Below, in pieces: positions 30,484 to 41,933 of a stretch of 46,808 nucleotides of DNA; position 1 is the stretch's first letter; each line of letters starts with the position of its first letter. The notes beneath the pieces are model-generated. The model did no database searches, was not told where the DNA came from, and was given only the letters and a program-made list of their open reading frames with translations. Source of the DNA: Thiobacillus sp. GTDB taxonomy: Bacteria; Pseudomonadota; Gammaproteobacteria; Burkholderiales; Thiobacillaceae. Where the stretch lies: assembly GCA_013335435.1 (NCBI GenBank), contig JAAXVP010000001.1, positions 1 through 46,808 of the forward strand, written 5' to 3'. Both the position numbers and the translations under genes were made by a program.

Positions 30484-31586
30484 TTCGCGATCTCCTTGAC
30501 CACCGCGACCATGGCGCGGGTGGCCTCCGGCTTGGCCAGGGCGCGGGCCTGCTCGGCGCGTTTCTGCAACTCGACGCGCTCAAGGCCGGCCAGCCAGGCC
30601 GCCAGTTTTTCGACAGTCAATTCGCCCTGCGGCATCAGCCAGGCCGCTTCGGAGTCGGCCAGGAAGCGGGCGTTCAGGGTCTGGTGGTCGTCGACCGCGG
30701 ACGGGAACGGCACCAGGGCCGCCGGCACCCCTGCCGCGGCCAGTTCCGCCACCGTCGAGGCGCCGGCGCGGCAGATCACCACGTCGGCCCAGGCGTAGGC
30801 GGCGGCCATGTTGTCGATGAAGGCCAGGCACTCGGCCTCGACGCCGGCGGCCTGGTAGTTCGCCCGCAATTCCTCGATGTTGCGGGCCCCGGCCTGGTGG
30901 CGGACCTCCGGGCGGCGCTCGGCCGGAATCAGGGCCAGGGCCTGCGGCACCGTTTCGTTGAGCGCCTTGGCGCCCAGGCTGCCACCGACCACGAGCAGAC
31001 GCAGACGGCCTTGGCGGCCGGCGTAGCGCTCGGCCGGCGCCGGCAGCGCGGCGATGGCGGCGCGCACCGGATTGCCGACCCATTCGGTCCGCACCTTGCC
31101 GCACGGGATGGGGCGGTCGACCGGGTTGGCGAAGGCGCCCGGCAGGCCGAGCAAGACCCGATCGGCCAGGCAGGCCAGAACCCGGTTGGTCATGCCGGCG
31201 ACCGCGTTCTGCTCGTGGATCGCCAGGGGCTTGTTGAGCAACGAGGCCATCATGCCGCCTGGGAAGGCGACGTAGCCGCCCAGGCCGGCCACGACATCGG
31301 GCCGGATCCGGCGGATCGCCCGCAGGGCCTGCCAGAAGGCGCGCAGGATGCGCAACGGCAGCAGGAACAGGCTGGCCGGACCCTTGCCGCGCACGCCGGA
31401 GAAGTCGACCCAGGCCATCTCGAAGCCGCGCTCGCCGACCAGGCGCGCTTCCATGCCCTCGCGGGTACCCAGCCAGACCACCCGCCAGCCTTCGCTGCGC
31501 AGCGACTCGGCCACCGCCAGGGCCGGCATGACATGGCCGCCGGTGCCGCCGGCCATGATCAGCGCGGTGCGGGGCAGCGCGTTCAT
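30480..31586 (-). CDS. murG: Lipid II N-acetylglucosaminyltransferase
   Basis: [40 protein letters not shown]. Confidence 0.97.
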   Translation of the reverse strand: MNALPRTALIMAGGTGGHVMPALAVAESLRSEGWRVVWLGTREGMEARLVGERGFEMAWVDFSGVRGKGPASLFLLPLRILRAFWQALRAIRRIRPDVVAGLGGYVAFPGGMMASLLNKPLAIHEQNAVAGMTNRVLACLADRVLLGLPGAFANPVDRPIPCGKVRTEWVGNPVRAAIAALPAPAERYAGRQGRLRLLVVGGSLGAKALNETVPQALALIPAERRPEVRHQAGARNIEELRANYQAAGVEAECLAFIDNMAAAYAWADVVICRAGASTVAELAAAGVPAALVPFPSAVDDHQTLNARFLADSEAAWLMPQGELTVEKLAAWLAGLERVELQKRAEQARALAKPEATRAMVAVVKEIAK

Positions 31587-31726
31587 GCGTGCCTCCGTTC
31601 TGGCTCACCAAGGTTTTGCCTCCGGCCGCCGCTACGCGGCTTAACGTGCTGACGCACGTTAGCCTGCGCCGAAACCGCTGCCATTTGGCCTGTGCAAACG
31701 TAAGTGGAGAAATCCATAGTCATCAT
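31583..31726 (-). CDS. Putative 47-aa ORF carrying the repeat, coupled between ftsW and murG
   Basis: [47 protein letters not shown]; ATGA overlaps with both the ftsW stop and the murG start. Confidence 0.5.
   Translation of the reverse strand: MMTMDFSTYVCTGQMAAVSAQANVRQHVKPRSGGRRQNLGEPERRHA
31612..31676 (-). repeat. Palindromic repeat, copy 2
   Basis: TAACGTGC-GTCA-GCACGTTA and GCCGC-GTA-GCGGC hairpins within GGTTT...AAACC ends; 21-nt identity with the ddl copy. Confidence 0.75.
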
Positions 31727-32883
31727 TGCCGCTTACCTTTCATGAGGCAGCGGTTTTCAAAATCGATCCGCACCACCAGGGCGATCGCCAGGCAGTTGGC
31801 GACGATGCCTGAGCCGCCGTAGCTCATCAGCGGCAGGGTCAGGCCCTTGGTCGGCAGCAGGCCCAGGTTGACGCCCATGTTGATGAAGCCCTGCACCGCC
31901 ATCCACATGCCGACGCCCTGGGCGACCAGGGCCTGGAAGTTGCGCCCCATCAGGGCGGCCTGCCAGCCGATCGAGAAGGCGCGCCAGATCAGCCAGGCGA
32001 ACAGGCCGATCACCGCGATCACGCCGAAGAAGCCGAGTTCCTCGCCGATCACGGCGAGCAGGAAGTCGGTGTAGGCCTCGGGCAGGTAGAACAGCTTCTC
32101 GACGCTGTCGCCCAGGCCGACCCCGGTCCACTCGCCGCGCCCGAAGGCGATCAAGGCGTGCGACAGCTGGTAGCCGGCACCGTAGGGATCCTTCCAGGGA
32201 TCGAGGTAGCCGAGCACCCGCTCGCGCCGGTAGTCCGAGGTGACGATCATGAGCACGAAACTGATCGCCAGCATGGTCGACAGGCCCAGGAACAGGCGCG
32301 CGTTGAATCCGCCCAGGAAGATGATGCCCAGGGCGATGGCGACGATGACCACGAAGGCGCCGAAGTCCGGCTCCAGCAGGAGCAGGCCGCCGACCATGAC
32401 CATGACTCCGAACATGGGCAGGAAGCCCTGGCGCAGTTCATGCATCATGGCCGCCTTGCGTACCGTGTAGTCGGCGGCGTAGATCACCGTGAACAGCTTG
32501 ACGAACTCGGAGGGCTGGAAGTTGCCCAGGGGGCCGAGCGGAATCCAGCGCCGGCTGCCGTAGACCACCTTGCCGATGCCGGGAATCAGGACTGCGACCA
32601 GCAAGAGCACGCCGATCACGAACAGCCAGGGCGCCGCCTTCTGCCACAGGTTGGACGGCAGCTGGAAGGCCCCATAGGCGGCGGCCAGGCCGGCCACCAG
32701 GTACATGGCGTGGCGGAACAGATAGATGGTCGGCTGGTGGCTGGCGCTCTTGGCCTCGGCGATGGCGGCGGAGGCGGAATAGACCATCACCAGGCCCAGG
32801 CCGAGCAGGGCGAACACGCTCCAGAGCAGGGCCCAGTCGTAAGGCGCCATGGCGGTGCGGCGGAGGGCGGCGTTATGGAACAC
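31723..32883 (-). CDS. ftsW: SEDS peptidoglycan glycosyltransferase FtsW
   Basis: [49 protein letters not shown] start 32883 with GGAGGA SD. Confidence 0.96.
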   Translation of the reverse strand: MFHNAALRRTAMAPYDWALLWSVFALLGLGLVMVYSASAAIAEAKSASHQPTIYLFRHAMYLVAGLAAAYGAFQLPSNLWQKAAPWLFVIGVLLLVAVLIPGIGKVVYGSRRWIPLGPLGNFQPSEFVKLFTVIYAADYTVRKAAMMHELRQGFLPMFGVMVMVGGLLLLEPDFGAFVVIVAIALGIIFLGGFNARLFLGLSTMLAISFVLMIVTSDYRRERVLGYLDPWKDPYGAGYQLSHALIAFGRGEWTGVGLGDSVEKLFYLPEAYTDFLLAVIGEELGFFGVIAVIGLFAWLIWRAFSIGWQAALMGRNFQALVAQGVGMWMAVQGFINMGVNLGLLPTKGLTLPLMSYGGSGIVANCLAIALVVRIDFENRCLMKGKRQ

Positions 32884-34264
32884 GCTTGTCCTCCAGCGCA
32901 CGCACCGCGGCGATGAACACCTCGGCGCGGTGGGCGTAGTTGCGGAACATGTCCCAGCTGGCGCAGGCCGGCGAGAGCAGGACCACATCGCCCGGCTCGG
33001 ACAGTTCGTAGGCCTTGGCGACCGCCTCGGCCATGGTCTCGGCGCGCACCACCGGGCAGGCGCCGGCGATGGCCGCCTCGACCAGGGGGCCGTCGCGGCC
33101 GATCTGGACCACGACGCGGGCATTGCCCACCGCGGAGCGCAAAGGCGCGAAGTCCTGGCCCTTGCCGTCGCCGCCGGCGATCAGCACCACCGGCTGGGTG
33201 AAGCCCTTGAGGGCGGCGGCCGTGGCACCCACGTTGGTGCCCTTGGAATCGTCGTAGAAGGTCCGTCCGGCCACCTCGGCGACGAACTCGACCCGATGCG
33301 CCAGGCCCTTGAAGTTCTTCAACGCCGCCAGCATCGGCTCGTACTTGAGGCCGACCGCCCGGCACAAGGCCAGGGCGGCGAGCGCGTTGGCGGCGTTATG
33401 CAGACCCGCGATGGTCAGCTCGTCGGCCGGGAACAGGCGCTCGGCGCCCTTGGCCAGCCACAGCCGGCCGTCGCGCTCGGCCAGGCCCCAGTCGGCCGCG
33501 GTCATGCCGGCGTCCAGGCCGAAAGTCTCGACCCGGCCCTCGGGCCTGGCCATGGCCATGACCATGGCATCGTCGCGGTTGAGCACCTGGACGCCGCCGC
33601 CGAACACCCGCGCCTTGGCCGCCGCATAGTCGGCCAAGGTCGCGTAGCGGTCCATATGGTCCTCGGAGATGTTGAGCACCGTGGCCGCGGTCGGGCGCAG
33701 GCTGGCCGTGGTCTCGAGCTGGAAGCTGGACAGTTCCAGAACCCAGACGTCGGGGCCCTTGCCGTCGATCTCGCGCTCGGCCAGGGCATCGAGAACCGGC
33801 AGGCCGATGTTGCCGGCCACCACGGTATCCAGGCCGGCGGCGGCGCACAGGTGGCCGGCCAGGCTGGTGACCGTGCTCTTGCCGTTCGAGCCGGTGATGG
33901 CGATGACCTTGGATTTGCTGCCTGGCCCCGGTTGGCCCAGCGCCCGTGCGAACAACTCGACATCACCGACGACATCCTTGCCGGCGCGGACGGCCGCGGC
34001 GATCTCAGGCGTCGCCAAGGCGACGCCGGGGCTGACCACGACCAGATCGGCCCAGGCGAAATCGGCCGGATCGAAACCGCCCAGGTTCAGCTTCACTTCC
34101 GGGAAGGCCTCGGCCATCTGGTGGGCATGGGGCGGCTCCGTCCGGCTGTCGGTGCCGCGCACCTCGGCGTCGTGCTCCAGCAGCCAGCGCACGCAGGACG
34201 CGCCGGTATCGCCCAGTCCCACGACCAGGGCCTTTTTGCCGGAGGGGTTGTAGGCCGATTTCAT
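32873..34264 (-). CDS. murD: UDP-MurNAc-L-Ala--D-glutamate ligase
   Basis: [43 protein letters not shown]. Confidence 0.97.
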   Translation of the reverse strand: MKSAYNPSGKKALVVGLGDTGASCVRWLLEHDAEVRGTDSRTEPPHAHQMAEAFPEVKLNLGGFDPADFAWADLVVVSPGVALATPEIAAAVRAGKDVVGDVELFARALGQPGPGSKSKVIAITGSNGKSTVTSLAGHLCAAAGLDTVVAGNIGLPVLDALAEREIDGKGPDVWVLELSSFQLETTASLRPTAATVLNISEDHMDRYATLADYAAAKARVFGGGVQVLNRDDAMVMAMARPEGRVETFGLDAGMTAADWGLAERDGRLWLAKGAERLFPADELTIAGLHNAANALAALALCRAVGLKYEPMLAALKNFKGLAHRVEFVAEVAGRTFYDDSKGTNVGATAAALKGFTQPVVLIAGGDGKGQDFAPLRSAVGNARVVVQIGRDGPLVEAAIAGACPVVRAETMAEAVAKAYELSEPGDVVLLSPACASWDMFRNYAHRAEVFIAAVRALEDKRVP

Positions 34265-34268
34265 GCCG

Positions 34269-35354
34269 TCACCGCAGCTTCAGACTCGCCAGGCCGATGA
34301 GCACCAGCATCATCGAGATGATCCAGAACCGGACCACGACTTGCGTCTCCTTCCAGCCCTTCTTCTCGAAGTGGTGGTGGATCGGCGCCATCAGGAAGAC
34401 GCGCTTGCCGCGCAGCTTGAAGGAGCCGACCTGGAGCATGACCGAGACGGTCTCGGCGACGAACACGCCGCCCATGATGAACAGGACGATCTCCTGGCGG
34501 ACGATCACCGCCACCACGCCGAGGGCCGCGCCCAGGGCCAGGGCGCCGACGTCGCCCATGAACACCTCGGCCGGGTAGGCGTTGAACCACAGGAAGGCGA
34601 GGCCGGCGCCGACCATGGCCGAGCAGAACACCACCAGTTCGCCGGCGCCGGGGATGAAGGGCAGGCCCAGGTATTTCGAGAACACCGCGTGGCCGGCCAC
34701 GTAGGCGAAGATGGCGAGCGCCCCGGCCACCATCACGGTGGGCAGGATGGCCAGGCCGTCGGCGCCGTCGGTCAGGTTGACCGCGTTGCTGGAGCCGACG
34801 ATGACGAAATAGGCCAGCATGACGAAGCCGGCGACGCCGAGCGGCATCACGGCATGCTTGAAGAAGGGCACGATCAGCTCGGTCTGGGCCGGCAGGTGGG
34901 CCGACCAGGCCAGCCAGGCGGCCACCACCAGGGCGATCACCGACTGCCAGAAGTACTTCCAGCGCGAGGCCAGGCCCTTGGGGTTCTTCTCGACCACCTT
35001 GCGCCAGTCGTCGACCCAGCCGATGGCGCCGAAGCCGACCAGGGTGATCAGGGCGATCCAGACGTAGCGGCTGGTCAGGTCGGCCCACAACAGGGTGGTC
35101 ACCGTGATCGCCGACAGAATCAGGGCGCCGCCCATGGTCGGCGTGCCGGCCTTGACCAGGTGGGTCTGCGGGCCGTCGTCGCGCACCGGCTGGCCGACCT
35201 TCAGCTCGGTCAGCATGCGGATCATGCGCGGCCCGAGGACGAAGGAGATCACCAGCGCGGTCAGGGCCGCCAGCACGGCGCGCAAGGTGATGTAGCCGAA
35301 CACGTTGAAGGCGCGGATGTCGTGGCCGAGCCACTGGGCCAGGGTCAGGAGCAT
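34269..35354 (-). CDS. mraY: Phospho-MurNAc-pentapeptide transferase
   Basis: [38 protein letters not shown]. Start trimmed to ATG 35354. Confidence 0.97.
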   Translation of the reverse strand: MLLTLAQWLGHDIRAFNVFGYITLRAVLAALTALVISFVLGPRMIRMLTELKVGQPVRDDGPQTHLVKAGTPTMGGALILSAITVTTLLWADLTSRYVWIALITLVGFGAIGWVDDWRKVVEKNPKGLASRWKYFWQSVIALVVAAWLAWSAHLPAQTELIVPFFKHAVMPLGVAGFVMLAYFVIVGSSNAVNLTDGADGLAILPTVMVAGALAIFAYVAGHAVFSKYLGLPFIPGAGELVVFCSAMVGAGLAFLWFNAYPAEVFMGDVGALALGAALGVVAVIVRQEIVLFIMGGVFVAETVSVMLQVGSFKLRGKRVFLMAPIHHHFEKKGWKETQVVVRFWIISMMLVLIGLASLKLR

Positions 35355-36697
35355 ACGTGTGCCTCCACGAACGAATTCACCACCCGCTCCATCTTCATGA
35401 AGCGGGATCCCTTCACCAGCACGGTGGCATCCGGACCGAGCGCGTTCTCGACCTCGGCCAGCAGTTCCTCGATGCGCTCGAAGTGCATGCCGCCCTCGCC
35501 GAAGGCCTTGACTGCCTCGATGCTCAGGTCGCCCAGGCAAAGCAGACGGTCGAGGCCGGCCTGCTTCGCCGCCGCGCCGATCTCGCGGTGCAGCTCGACC
35601 GCGTTCGGCCCCAGTTCGCCCATGTCGCCCAGGACCAGGATGCGGGTGCCTTTCTGCGCCGCCAGCACGGCGATGGCCGCCGTCACCGAGTCGGGATTGG
35701 CGTTGTAGGTATCGTCGAGCAGGCGCGCGCCCAGGATGCAGGGGTGCGCCTGCAGGCGTCCCTTGACCCCGGCGAACAGGGCCAGGCCGCGGGCGATGTC
35801 GGCCGGCGGCACCTCCAGCACCCAGGCCGCCGCGGCAGCGGCGACGGCATTCCTGACGTTGTGCAGGCCGGGCACGTTGAGCGTGGCCGCCACGCTGCCG
35901 GATGGCGTATGCAGGGTCAGCTCGGCGCCGAAATCGCCCAGCCGGTAGTCGGCGCGCACGTCGCCGTGCTTGACGCCGAAGGTCACGACCCGGCGGTCGC
36001 CGGCCATTTCGCGCCAAAGCTCGGCGTGGACGTCGTCGGCACAGACCAGGGCGACGCCGTCCGCCTTCAAGCCGTTGTAGATCTCGCCCTTGGCATGCGC
36101 CACCGCCTCGACCGTGCCCAGGCCTTCCAGGTGGGCGCGCAGGGCGTTGTTGACCAGGGCGGCGTCGGGGCTGGCCAGGCGGCTCAGGTAGTCGAGCTCG
36201 CCGGGGTGGTTCATGCCCATCTCGAGGACCGCGTAGCGGTGTTCCGGGGCCAGCCGGAGCAGGGTCAACGGCATGCCGATCTCGTTGTTGAAGTTGCCGC
36301 TGGTCGCCAGCACCGCGGCCTCGCCGGCGTAGGCATTGAGGATGCCGGCGAGCATCTCCTTGACCGTGGTCTTGCCGTTGCTGCCGGTGATCGCCATGAC
36401 CCGCGCCGGCAACTGGCTGCGGTGCCAGGCGGCCAACTGGCCGAGGGCCAGGCGGGTGTCCTTGACCACGATGGCGGGCGAGACGTCGAGTCCGGCCGAG
36501 GCCTCGACCATGACCGCGCCAGCCCCTTGCCCGATGGCGCGGGTGGCGAAATGGTGGCCGTCGTAACGACCGCCGCGCAGGGCGACGAACAGGGCGCCGG
36601 CCGGCAGGTTGCGGCTGTCGGTCGACACCGTCGTGAATTCGACGTCCGGGCCGACCGCCGAGGCTTGCAGGGCGGATGCGGCTTCATGCAGACGCAT
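35345..36697 (-). CDS. murF: UDP-MurNAc-tripeptide--D-Ala-D-Ala ligase
   Basis: [38 protein letters not shown]. Confidence 0.97.
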   Translation of the reverse strand: MRLHEAASALQASAVGPDVEFTTVSTDSRNLPAGALFVALRGGRYDGHHFATRAIGQGAGAVMVEASAGLDVSPAIVVKDTRLALGQLAAWHRSQLPARVMAITGSNGKTTVKEMLAGILNAYAGEAAVLATSGNFNNEIGMPLTLLRLAPEHRYAVLEMGMNHPGELDYLSRLASPDAALVNNALRAHLEGLGTVEAVAHAKGEIYNGLKADGVALVCADDVHAELWREMAGDRRVVTFGVKHGDVRADYRLGDFGAELTLHTPSGSVAATLNVPGLHNVRNAVAAAAAAWVLEVPPADIARGLALFAGVKGRLQAHPCILGARLLDDTYNANPDSVTAAIAVLAAQKGTRILVLGDMGELGPNAVELHREIGAAAKQAGLDRLLCLGDLSIEAVKAFGEGGMHFERIEELLAEVENALGPDATVLVKGSRFMKMERVVNSFVEAHVCS

Positions 36698-38132
36698 GCT
36701 GATACTCCTTGAGCAGATGTTCCGCCGTGGCGATGTCCGAGAACGGCCGGCGCACCCCCTGGCTTTCCTGGTAGTCCTCGTGGCCCTTGCCGGCGATCAG
36801 GACGACGTCGCCGGGGCGTGCCTCGGCGATGGCGCCGGCGATGGCCCGGGCGCGGTCGAGTTCGACCCGCTCCCGGCCGGCCATGCCGACCCGGATCTCG
36901 GCGACGATGTCGGCCGGGTCTTCGTGGCGCGGGTTGTCGCTGGTGACGATGGCGAGGTCGGCCAGGCGGGCCGCCACCTCGCCCATGAGCGGGCGCTTGC
37001 CCTTGTCGCGGCCGCCGCCGCAACCGAACACGCAGATCAGGCGGCCGCGGGTGAGCGGACGCAGGGTGGCGAGGGCCTTTTCCAGGGCATCCGGGGTGTG
37101 GGCGTAATCGACCACCACGGCTGGCGCGTCGGCCGGGCCGGCAATCCGGTGCATGCGGCCGGGCGCCGGCCGGACCTGGCTCAGGACGGCCAGGGCGTCG
37201 TCCAGGGCAATGCCGCTGGCCAGCAGGGCGGCCAGACAGGCGAGCAGGTTGTCGGCATTGAAGCGGCCCATCAGGGCGGCCTTCAGATCACCCCGGCCCC
37301 ACGGCGTATCGACCGTCATGCTCAAGCCGTCGGCGTCGAGGCGCAGACCGCTGCCGCGCACTTCGCCGCAGTCGATACCATAACCCAGGCGCTCGACCGG
37401 CCGGCCGGCGAGGTCGGCATGCAGACGCCGACCCAACTCGTCCTCCAGGTTGAGTACCGCCCACTTGAGGCCGGGCCAGTCGAACAGGCGCGCCTTGGCG
37501 TGGGCGTAGGCGGCCATGTCGCCGTGATAGTCGAGATGGTCGCGCGACAGGTTGGTCAACACGGCGACATCGAATGCGACCCCGGCCACCCGGCCCTGGT
37601 CGAGCGCATGCGAGGACACCTCCATGGCCACGCCGGCCGCGCCGGCGTCCCGGTAGCCGGCCAGCAGGCCCTGCAGGGTGACGGCATCCGGCGTGGTATG
37701 GCTGGCGCCCGCCAGCTCGTCGGGGAAGCCGTTGCCCAGGGTGCCGATGACGGCGGTCTTGCGACCGAGCCGGCCCAGGCAGTCGGCCAGCCAGTGGCTG
37801 CACGAAGTCTTGCCGTTGGTGCCGGTGATGCCGACCAGCCAGAGCGTCTCCGAAGGTCGGCCCCACCAGTCTCCGGCCAGCTCGGCGGCCCGGCCGCCGA
37901 GGCCGGCGACCGGCCAGTTCGGCAGCTTCAGTTCGGCCGGCCAGGCATAACCTTCCGCCTCCCAGACCACCCCGGCGGCACCGGCCGCAACGGCAGCCGG
38001 GATGTACCGACGGCCGTCGTGCACGCCGCCCGGCATGGCCAGGAAGATATCGCCCGGCCCGACCTTGCGGCTGTCGGCGGTCATGCCGGCGGCACCAGGC
38101 AGGCTACGACGGATTTCGCTTGCCAGGCTCAT
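36684..38132 (-). CDS. murE: UDP-MurNAc-dipeptide--meso-diaminopimelate ligase
   Basis: GITGTNGKTS, MEVSSH, DYAHTPDAL, DNPR, AGKGHE. Confidence 0.97.
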   Translation of the reverse strand: MSLASEIRRSLPGAAGMTADSRKVGPGDIFLAMPGGVHDGRRYIPAAVAAGAAGVVWEAEGYAWPAELKLPNWPVAGLGGRAAELAGDWWGRPSETLWLVGITGTNGKTSCSHWLADCLGRLGRKTAVIGTLGNGFPDELAGASHTTPDAVTLQGLLAGYRDAGAAGVAMEVSSHALDQGRVAGVAFDVAVLTNLSRDHLDYHGDMAAYAHAKARLFDWPGLKWAVLNLEDELGRRLHADLAGRPVERLGYGIDCGEVRGSGLRLDADGLSMTVDTPWGRGDLKAALMGRFNADNLLACLAALLASGIALDDALAVLSQVRPAPGRMHRIAGPADAPAVVVDYAHTPDALEKALATLRPLTRGRLICVFGCGGGRDKGKRPLMGEVAARLADLAIVTSDNPRHEDPADIVAEIRVGMAGRERVELDRARAIAGAIAEARPGDVVLIAGKGHEDYQESQGVRRPFSDIATAEHLLKEYQHASA

Positions 38133-39847
38133 GTCGCCTCCCCCACCACGCTGCTCGGGGTCGGGATGTCTTCCAGCGGGGCATCCGGGGCGATGGCCAT
38201 GAAGCGCAGGGCTCCGGCCATGACCTTGCTGAACACCGGCGCGGCGACCAGGCCACCGTAGTATTCCTTGCCGCCCGGCTCGTCGATCATCACCGCCACC
38301 ACCAGGCGCGGATCGGATACCGGCGCCAGGCCGACGAAGGAGGCGATGTACTTGTCCGCCGAATAGCCACCCTTGGCGGCCTTGTGCGCGGTGCCGGTCT
38401 TGCCGGCGACGCGATAGCCCATGACCCTGGCCTTGGGCGCCGTGCCGCCGTCCTGGGTCACCGCCTCCATCATGCCGCGCAGGGTTCGTGCCGTATCGCT
38501 CTGCATGACCCGGACACCCAGGGCCGCCTCGTTGCGCTTCAGGACCGTGAGCTTGGGCAGGATGCCGTCGTCGGCGAAGGCGCAGTAGGCGCGCGCCAGT
38601 TGCAGCAGGCTGACCGAGAGGCCGTGGCCGTAGGCCATGGTGGCCTTCTCGATCGGCCGCCAGGACTCGTACGGGCGCAGGCGGCCGCCCACCTCGCCAG
38701 GGAAGCCGGAGCCGGGCACCGTGCCGAAGCCGGCCCGGCTGAGCATGGACCAGTAATCCTCGGACTTCATGTCGAGGGCGATCTTGGCCGCGGCAACGTT
38801 GCTCGACACCTTGATCGCCTCGGCGATGTCGATCACGCCCTTGGCATGGACATCGCTGATCCGCTTGTCGCCCACCATGAACCAGCCCGGGCCGGTATCG
38901 ATACGGGTCTGCGGGGTCACCACGCCGGCCTCCAGGGCGGCCGCGACGACGAAGGGCTTCATGGTCGAACCCGGCTCGAAAGTGTCCGTCACCACCCGGT
39001 TGCGCGAGCGGTCCTTGGTCATGGTGGCGCGGTTGTTCGGGTTGTAGGTCGGCACGTTGACCAGGGCCAGGACCTCGCCGGTGCGGGCATCCAGGACCAC
39101 CAGGGCGCCCGCCTTGGCACGCTGCTCGGCGACCGCGGCGACCAGCTCGCGATAGGCCAGGTACTGCAATTGCAGGTTGATGCTCAGGGTCAGGTCCTGG
39201 CCGTGCTTGGGCGCGCGCTGCTGCTCGACCACCTCGATGATGTTGCCCATGCGGTCGCGCACCACGCGCTTGGCGCCTGGCTTGCCGGCCAGCCAGGACT
39301 GGTAGGCGTACTCCAGGCCTTCGAGGCCCTTGTCCTCGACCCCGGTGACGCCCAGCACCTGCCCCATCACCTCGCCGGCGGGGTAATAACGGCGGAACTC
39401 CGGCTTCGCGTAGACACCTTTCACGTCCAGGGCCAGGGCCGCGGCGGAGACCTCGGGCGGCAACTGACGCCGGAGATAGACGAAGCTCTTTTTCTTGTCC
39501 TTGAACTGGGCGCGCAAGTCATCCGGTTCCACGCCAAGGCGGCTGGCCAAGGCCTGGATCTGGCCCGGCGTGGCCTCGGCCTCGCTCGGGTTGAGCCAGA
39601 CTGACTCCACCGGCGTGCTGATGGCCAACGGGTCGCCGCGCCGGTCGGTGATCATGCCCCGATGAGCCGGGATGTCGACGATACGCTGGACACGGATCTC
39701 GCCCTGCTTGGTCAGGAAGTCGTTCTGCCAACCCTGCAGATAGGCGGCACGGGCGGTGAGGGCGACGAAGCCGCCGAACACCAGCGTCATCACCAGGCGC
39801 ATGCGCCAGCGTTGTAGGTCGCGCGGCAACAGGCCCTTGCGGCTCAT
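38129..39847 (-). CDS. ftsI: Penicillin-binding protein 3
   Basis: RGMITDR, EPGSTMKP, SSN, KTGTA. Start trimmed to ATG 39847. Confidence 0.96.
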   Translation of the reverse strand: MSRKGLLPRDLQRWRMRLVMTLVFGGFVALTARAAYLQGWQNDFLTKQGEIRVQRIVDIPAHRGMITDRRGDPLAISTPVESVWLNPSEAEATPGQIQALASRLGVEPDDLRAQFKDKKKSFVYLRRQLPPEVSAAALALDVKGVYAKPEFRRYYPAGEVMGQVLGVTGVEDKGLEGLEYAYQSWLAGKPGAKRVVRDRMGNIIEVVEQQRAPKHGQDLTLSINLQLQYLAYRELVAAVAEQRAKAGALVVLDARTGEVLALVNVPTYNPNNRATMTKDRSRNRVVTDTFEPGSTMKPFVVAAALEAGVVTPQTRIDTGPGWFMVGDKRISDVHAKGVIDIAEAIKVSSNVAAAKIALDMKSEDYWSMLSRAGFGTVPGSGFPGEVGGRLRPYESWRPIEKATMAYGHGLSVSLLQLARAYCAFADDGILPKLTVLKRNEAALGVRVMQSDTARTLRGMMEAVTQDGGTAPKARVMGYRVAGKTGTAHKAAKGGYSADKYIASFVGLAPVSDPRLVVAVMIDEPGGKEYYGGLVAAPVFSKVMAGALRFMAIAPDAPLEDIPTPSSVVGEAT

Positions 39848-40134
39848 GGCCGGGCCTCCGCGGGGGTGTCGACATCGGCCCGGATCACCTGGATATGCTT
39901 GAGGTCGGGTACCGACATGTGCAACTGGCCCTGGGCGATCTGCTCGATGCGGGAATGCATCGACCAAGTGCTCTGCTCGAGTTGCAGCCGGCCCCACTCG
40001 ATATCCAGTTCGCGGCCGTGCCGCTCCATGGACTGGAGTTCCACAAACAACTTGCGCGCCTGATGGCGCGCAGTGACGACGGCGAGGGCGCAGACGGCCA
40101 GCATGATCGCCAGGGGTACGGTCAACTTGGACAT
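39844..40134 (-). CDS. ftsL: Cell division protein FtsL
   Basis: [26 protein letters not shown]. Confidence 0.93.
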   Translation of the reverse strand: MSKLTVPLAIMLAVCALAVVTARHQARKLFVELQSMERHGRELDIEWGRLQLEQSTWSMHSRIEQIAQGQLHMSVPDLKHIQVIRADVDTPAEARP

Positions 40135-41075
40135 GCCCCCTCCTTGGCGCCGGCCTCGGTTCGTTCGGCCACCCTGAGCACGGCGCTGCGCGCGCGCGGG
40201 TTGCGCGCCACTTCCGCCGCCGAGGGCCGGATGGCGCGTCCGACCAGGCGCAGGCGGCCCTGGCCGGCGTCCCCGGTGACCGGAATCTCGGGCGGCAGCT
40301 CCTCGCCCTTACTCTCGTCGCGCATGAAGCGCTTGACCAGGCGATCCTCCAGGGAATGGAAGCTGATCACCGCCAGGCGGCCGCCCGGGCGCAGCATGTC
40401 GACCGCGCGCGGTAGCGCGTCGGCGATTTCCTCAAGTTCGCGGTTAACGTGAATCCGGACAGCCTGAAAGGTGCGCGTGGCCGGGTCCTGGCCCCGTTCG
40501 CGGGTGCGCACTGCCCCGGCACAGATCTCCGCCAACTGGCGGGTCGTGGTGATGGGCTGCTGCGTGCGCGCCGCGACAATCGCCCTTGCAACCGACTTAG
40601 CAAACCGCTCTTCGCCATAATCCCTCACTACTCGGGCAATCTCGTCCTCGGGCGCCTGGTTCAACCAGTCCGCCGCGCTCTCGCCCCGGCTGGTATCCAT
40701 GCGCATGTCCAACGGGGCCTGGTGGCGGAAACTGAAGCCGCGCCCGGCGGTATCGATCTGCGGACTCGACACGCCGAGGTCGAACAGGATGCCGTCGGCA
40801 GTGTCGACGCCGTGCTCATGCGCCACTTCGGCCAGGCGGCTGAACGGGGCGTGGGCAAGGCTGAAACGGGCGTCGGTCCAGGCAGCGCCGGCCGCCACCG
40901 CCTCGGGGTCGCGGTCCAGGGCCAGGAGCCGGCCCGATTCACCCAGTTGCGCCAGGATGGCCCGGCTATGGCCGCCGCGCCCGAAGGTGGCGTCGACGTA
41001 CACGCCGCCCGGCTTCACATCAAGACCGGCGACGGCCTCGTCCAGCAAGACCGTTACGTGTGCGGCGCCGGTCAC
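40122..41075 (-). CDS. rsmH: 16S rRNA m4C1402 methyltransferase
   Basis: [45 protein letters not shown] 41075 overlaps the mraZ stop. Confidence 0.96.
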   Translation of the reverse strand: MTGAAHVTVLLDEAVAGLDVKPGGVYVDATFGRGGHSRAILAQLGESGRLLALDRDPEAVAAGAAWTDARFSLAHAPFSRLAEVAHEHGVDTADGILFDLGVSSPQIDTAGRGFSFRHQAPLDMRMDTSRGESAADWLNQAPEDEIARVVRDYGEERFAKSVARAIVAARTQQPITTTRQLAEICAGAVRTRERGQDPATRTFQAVRIHVNRELEEIADALPRAVDMLRPGGRLAVISFHSLEDRLVKRFMRDESKGEELPPEIPVTGDAGQGRLRLVGRAIRPSAAEVARNPRARSAVLRVAERTEAGAKEGACPS

Positions 41076-41542
41076 AGCGAGAAGCCCTTGAGGCCGTCCG
41101 GCACCTCGCCGCGGCGCATGGCCTCGTCGAGCTGGGCCGGCAGATCGACCACGGCGTCGCACTGGGCCTGCCAGGCCGCCGCACTCCAGATTTCGAATTT
41201 GTTGCCCTGGCCCAGCATGACCACGTCCCGATCCAGCCGGGCACGCTCGCGCAGCAGGGCGGGCAACAGGATGCGACCGGCGCCGTCCATGTCCAGGTCG
41301 GTTGCCGAGCCGACCAGGAGGCGCTGCATCTGGCGGCTGAGCGGATCGAAACTGGGCAGGGCGTTGAGCTTCTGCTCGATGGGCTCCCACTCGGGGAAGG
41401 GATACAGAAGAAGGCAGGCGCTCGGGTCCAGAGTAAGCACGAGCCGACCGCCGCAACGCTGCATCAGCGTGTCGCGGTATTTGGTCGGTATCGCCAGACG
41501 GCCCTTGCCGTCCAAGGCGATTGGTGTCGCTCCTCTGAACAT
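41072..41542 (-). CDS. mraZ: Transcriptional regulator MraZ
   Basis: [28 protein letters not shown]. Confidence 0.96.
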   Translation of the reverse strand: MFRGATPIALDGKGRLAIPTKYRDTLMQRCGGRLVLTLDPSACLLLYPFPEWEPIEQKLNALPSFDPLSRQMQRLLVGSATDLDMDGAGRILLPALLRERARLDRDVVMLGQGNKFEIWSAAAWQAQCDAVVDLPAQLDEAMRRGEVPDGLKGFSL

Positions 41543-41565
41543 CGTCGTCTCCGGGGCCCAGTTTC

Positions 41566-41638
41566 TCCACTAAACCCCACATTCCTCCACAATCTCCCAC
41601 TCGGGGCCACTATAGAGAAGGGAAAGCCGGGGAGTCAA
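41566..41638 (-). promoter_or_regulatory. dcw promoter with MraZ-binding repeats
   Basis: TTGACT (41638-41633), 18-nt spacer, TATAGT (41614-41609). GTGG repeats at exact 10-nt period (plus-strand CCAC at 41567, 41577, 41587, 41597, 41607). Confidence 0.8.
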
Positions 41639-41933
41639 GGCCGGAATGTCATTTTTTTTAATGACAACAATGACTTACAGAGCAATCTGGAACGACTATG
41701 CAATCGGAATTAAAGCACTAGACCGCGTACTTAAAGTAGTTTGTTAAGTATCGCCCGGAAACCACCATGCCGTCGTGACAGGAACACGCCGACTCAGCGA
41801 AAAAACCCACACCCCGCTGCGCCAGCCTGAGTAGACCTGCTCATGGACTTACCCAATGCCATGACGGATAAACGCCAAAGGTTTTTCGGGCACCGGCCGT
41901 TAATAGAGTGGCCAGAGTACGGAGTCTTCAGGC

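Noticed and set aside
41640-41933. Possible RNA gene (rnpB, tRNA or riboswitch) upstream of mraZ
   Set aside because: No RNase P conserved motifs, cloverleaf or recognisable aptamer; looks like an AT-rich divergent promoter region.
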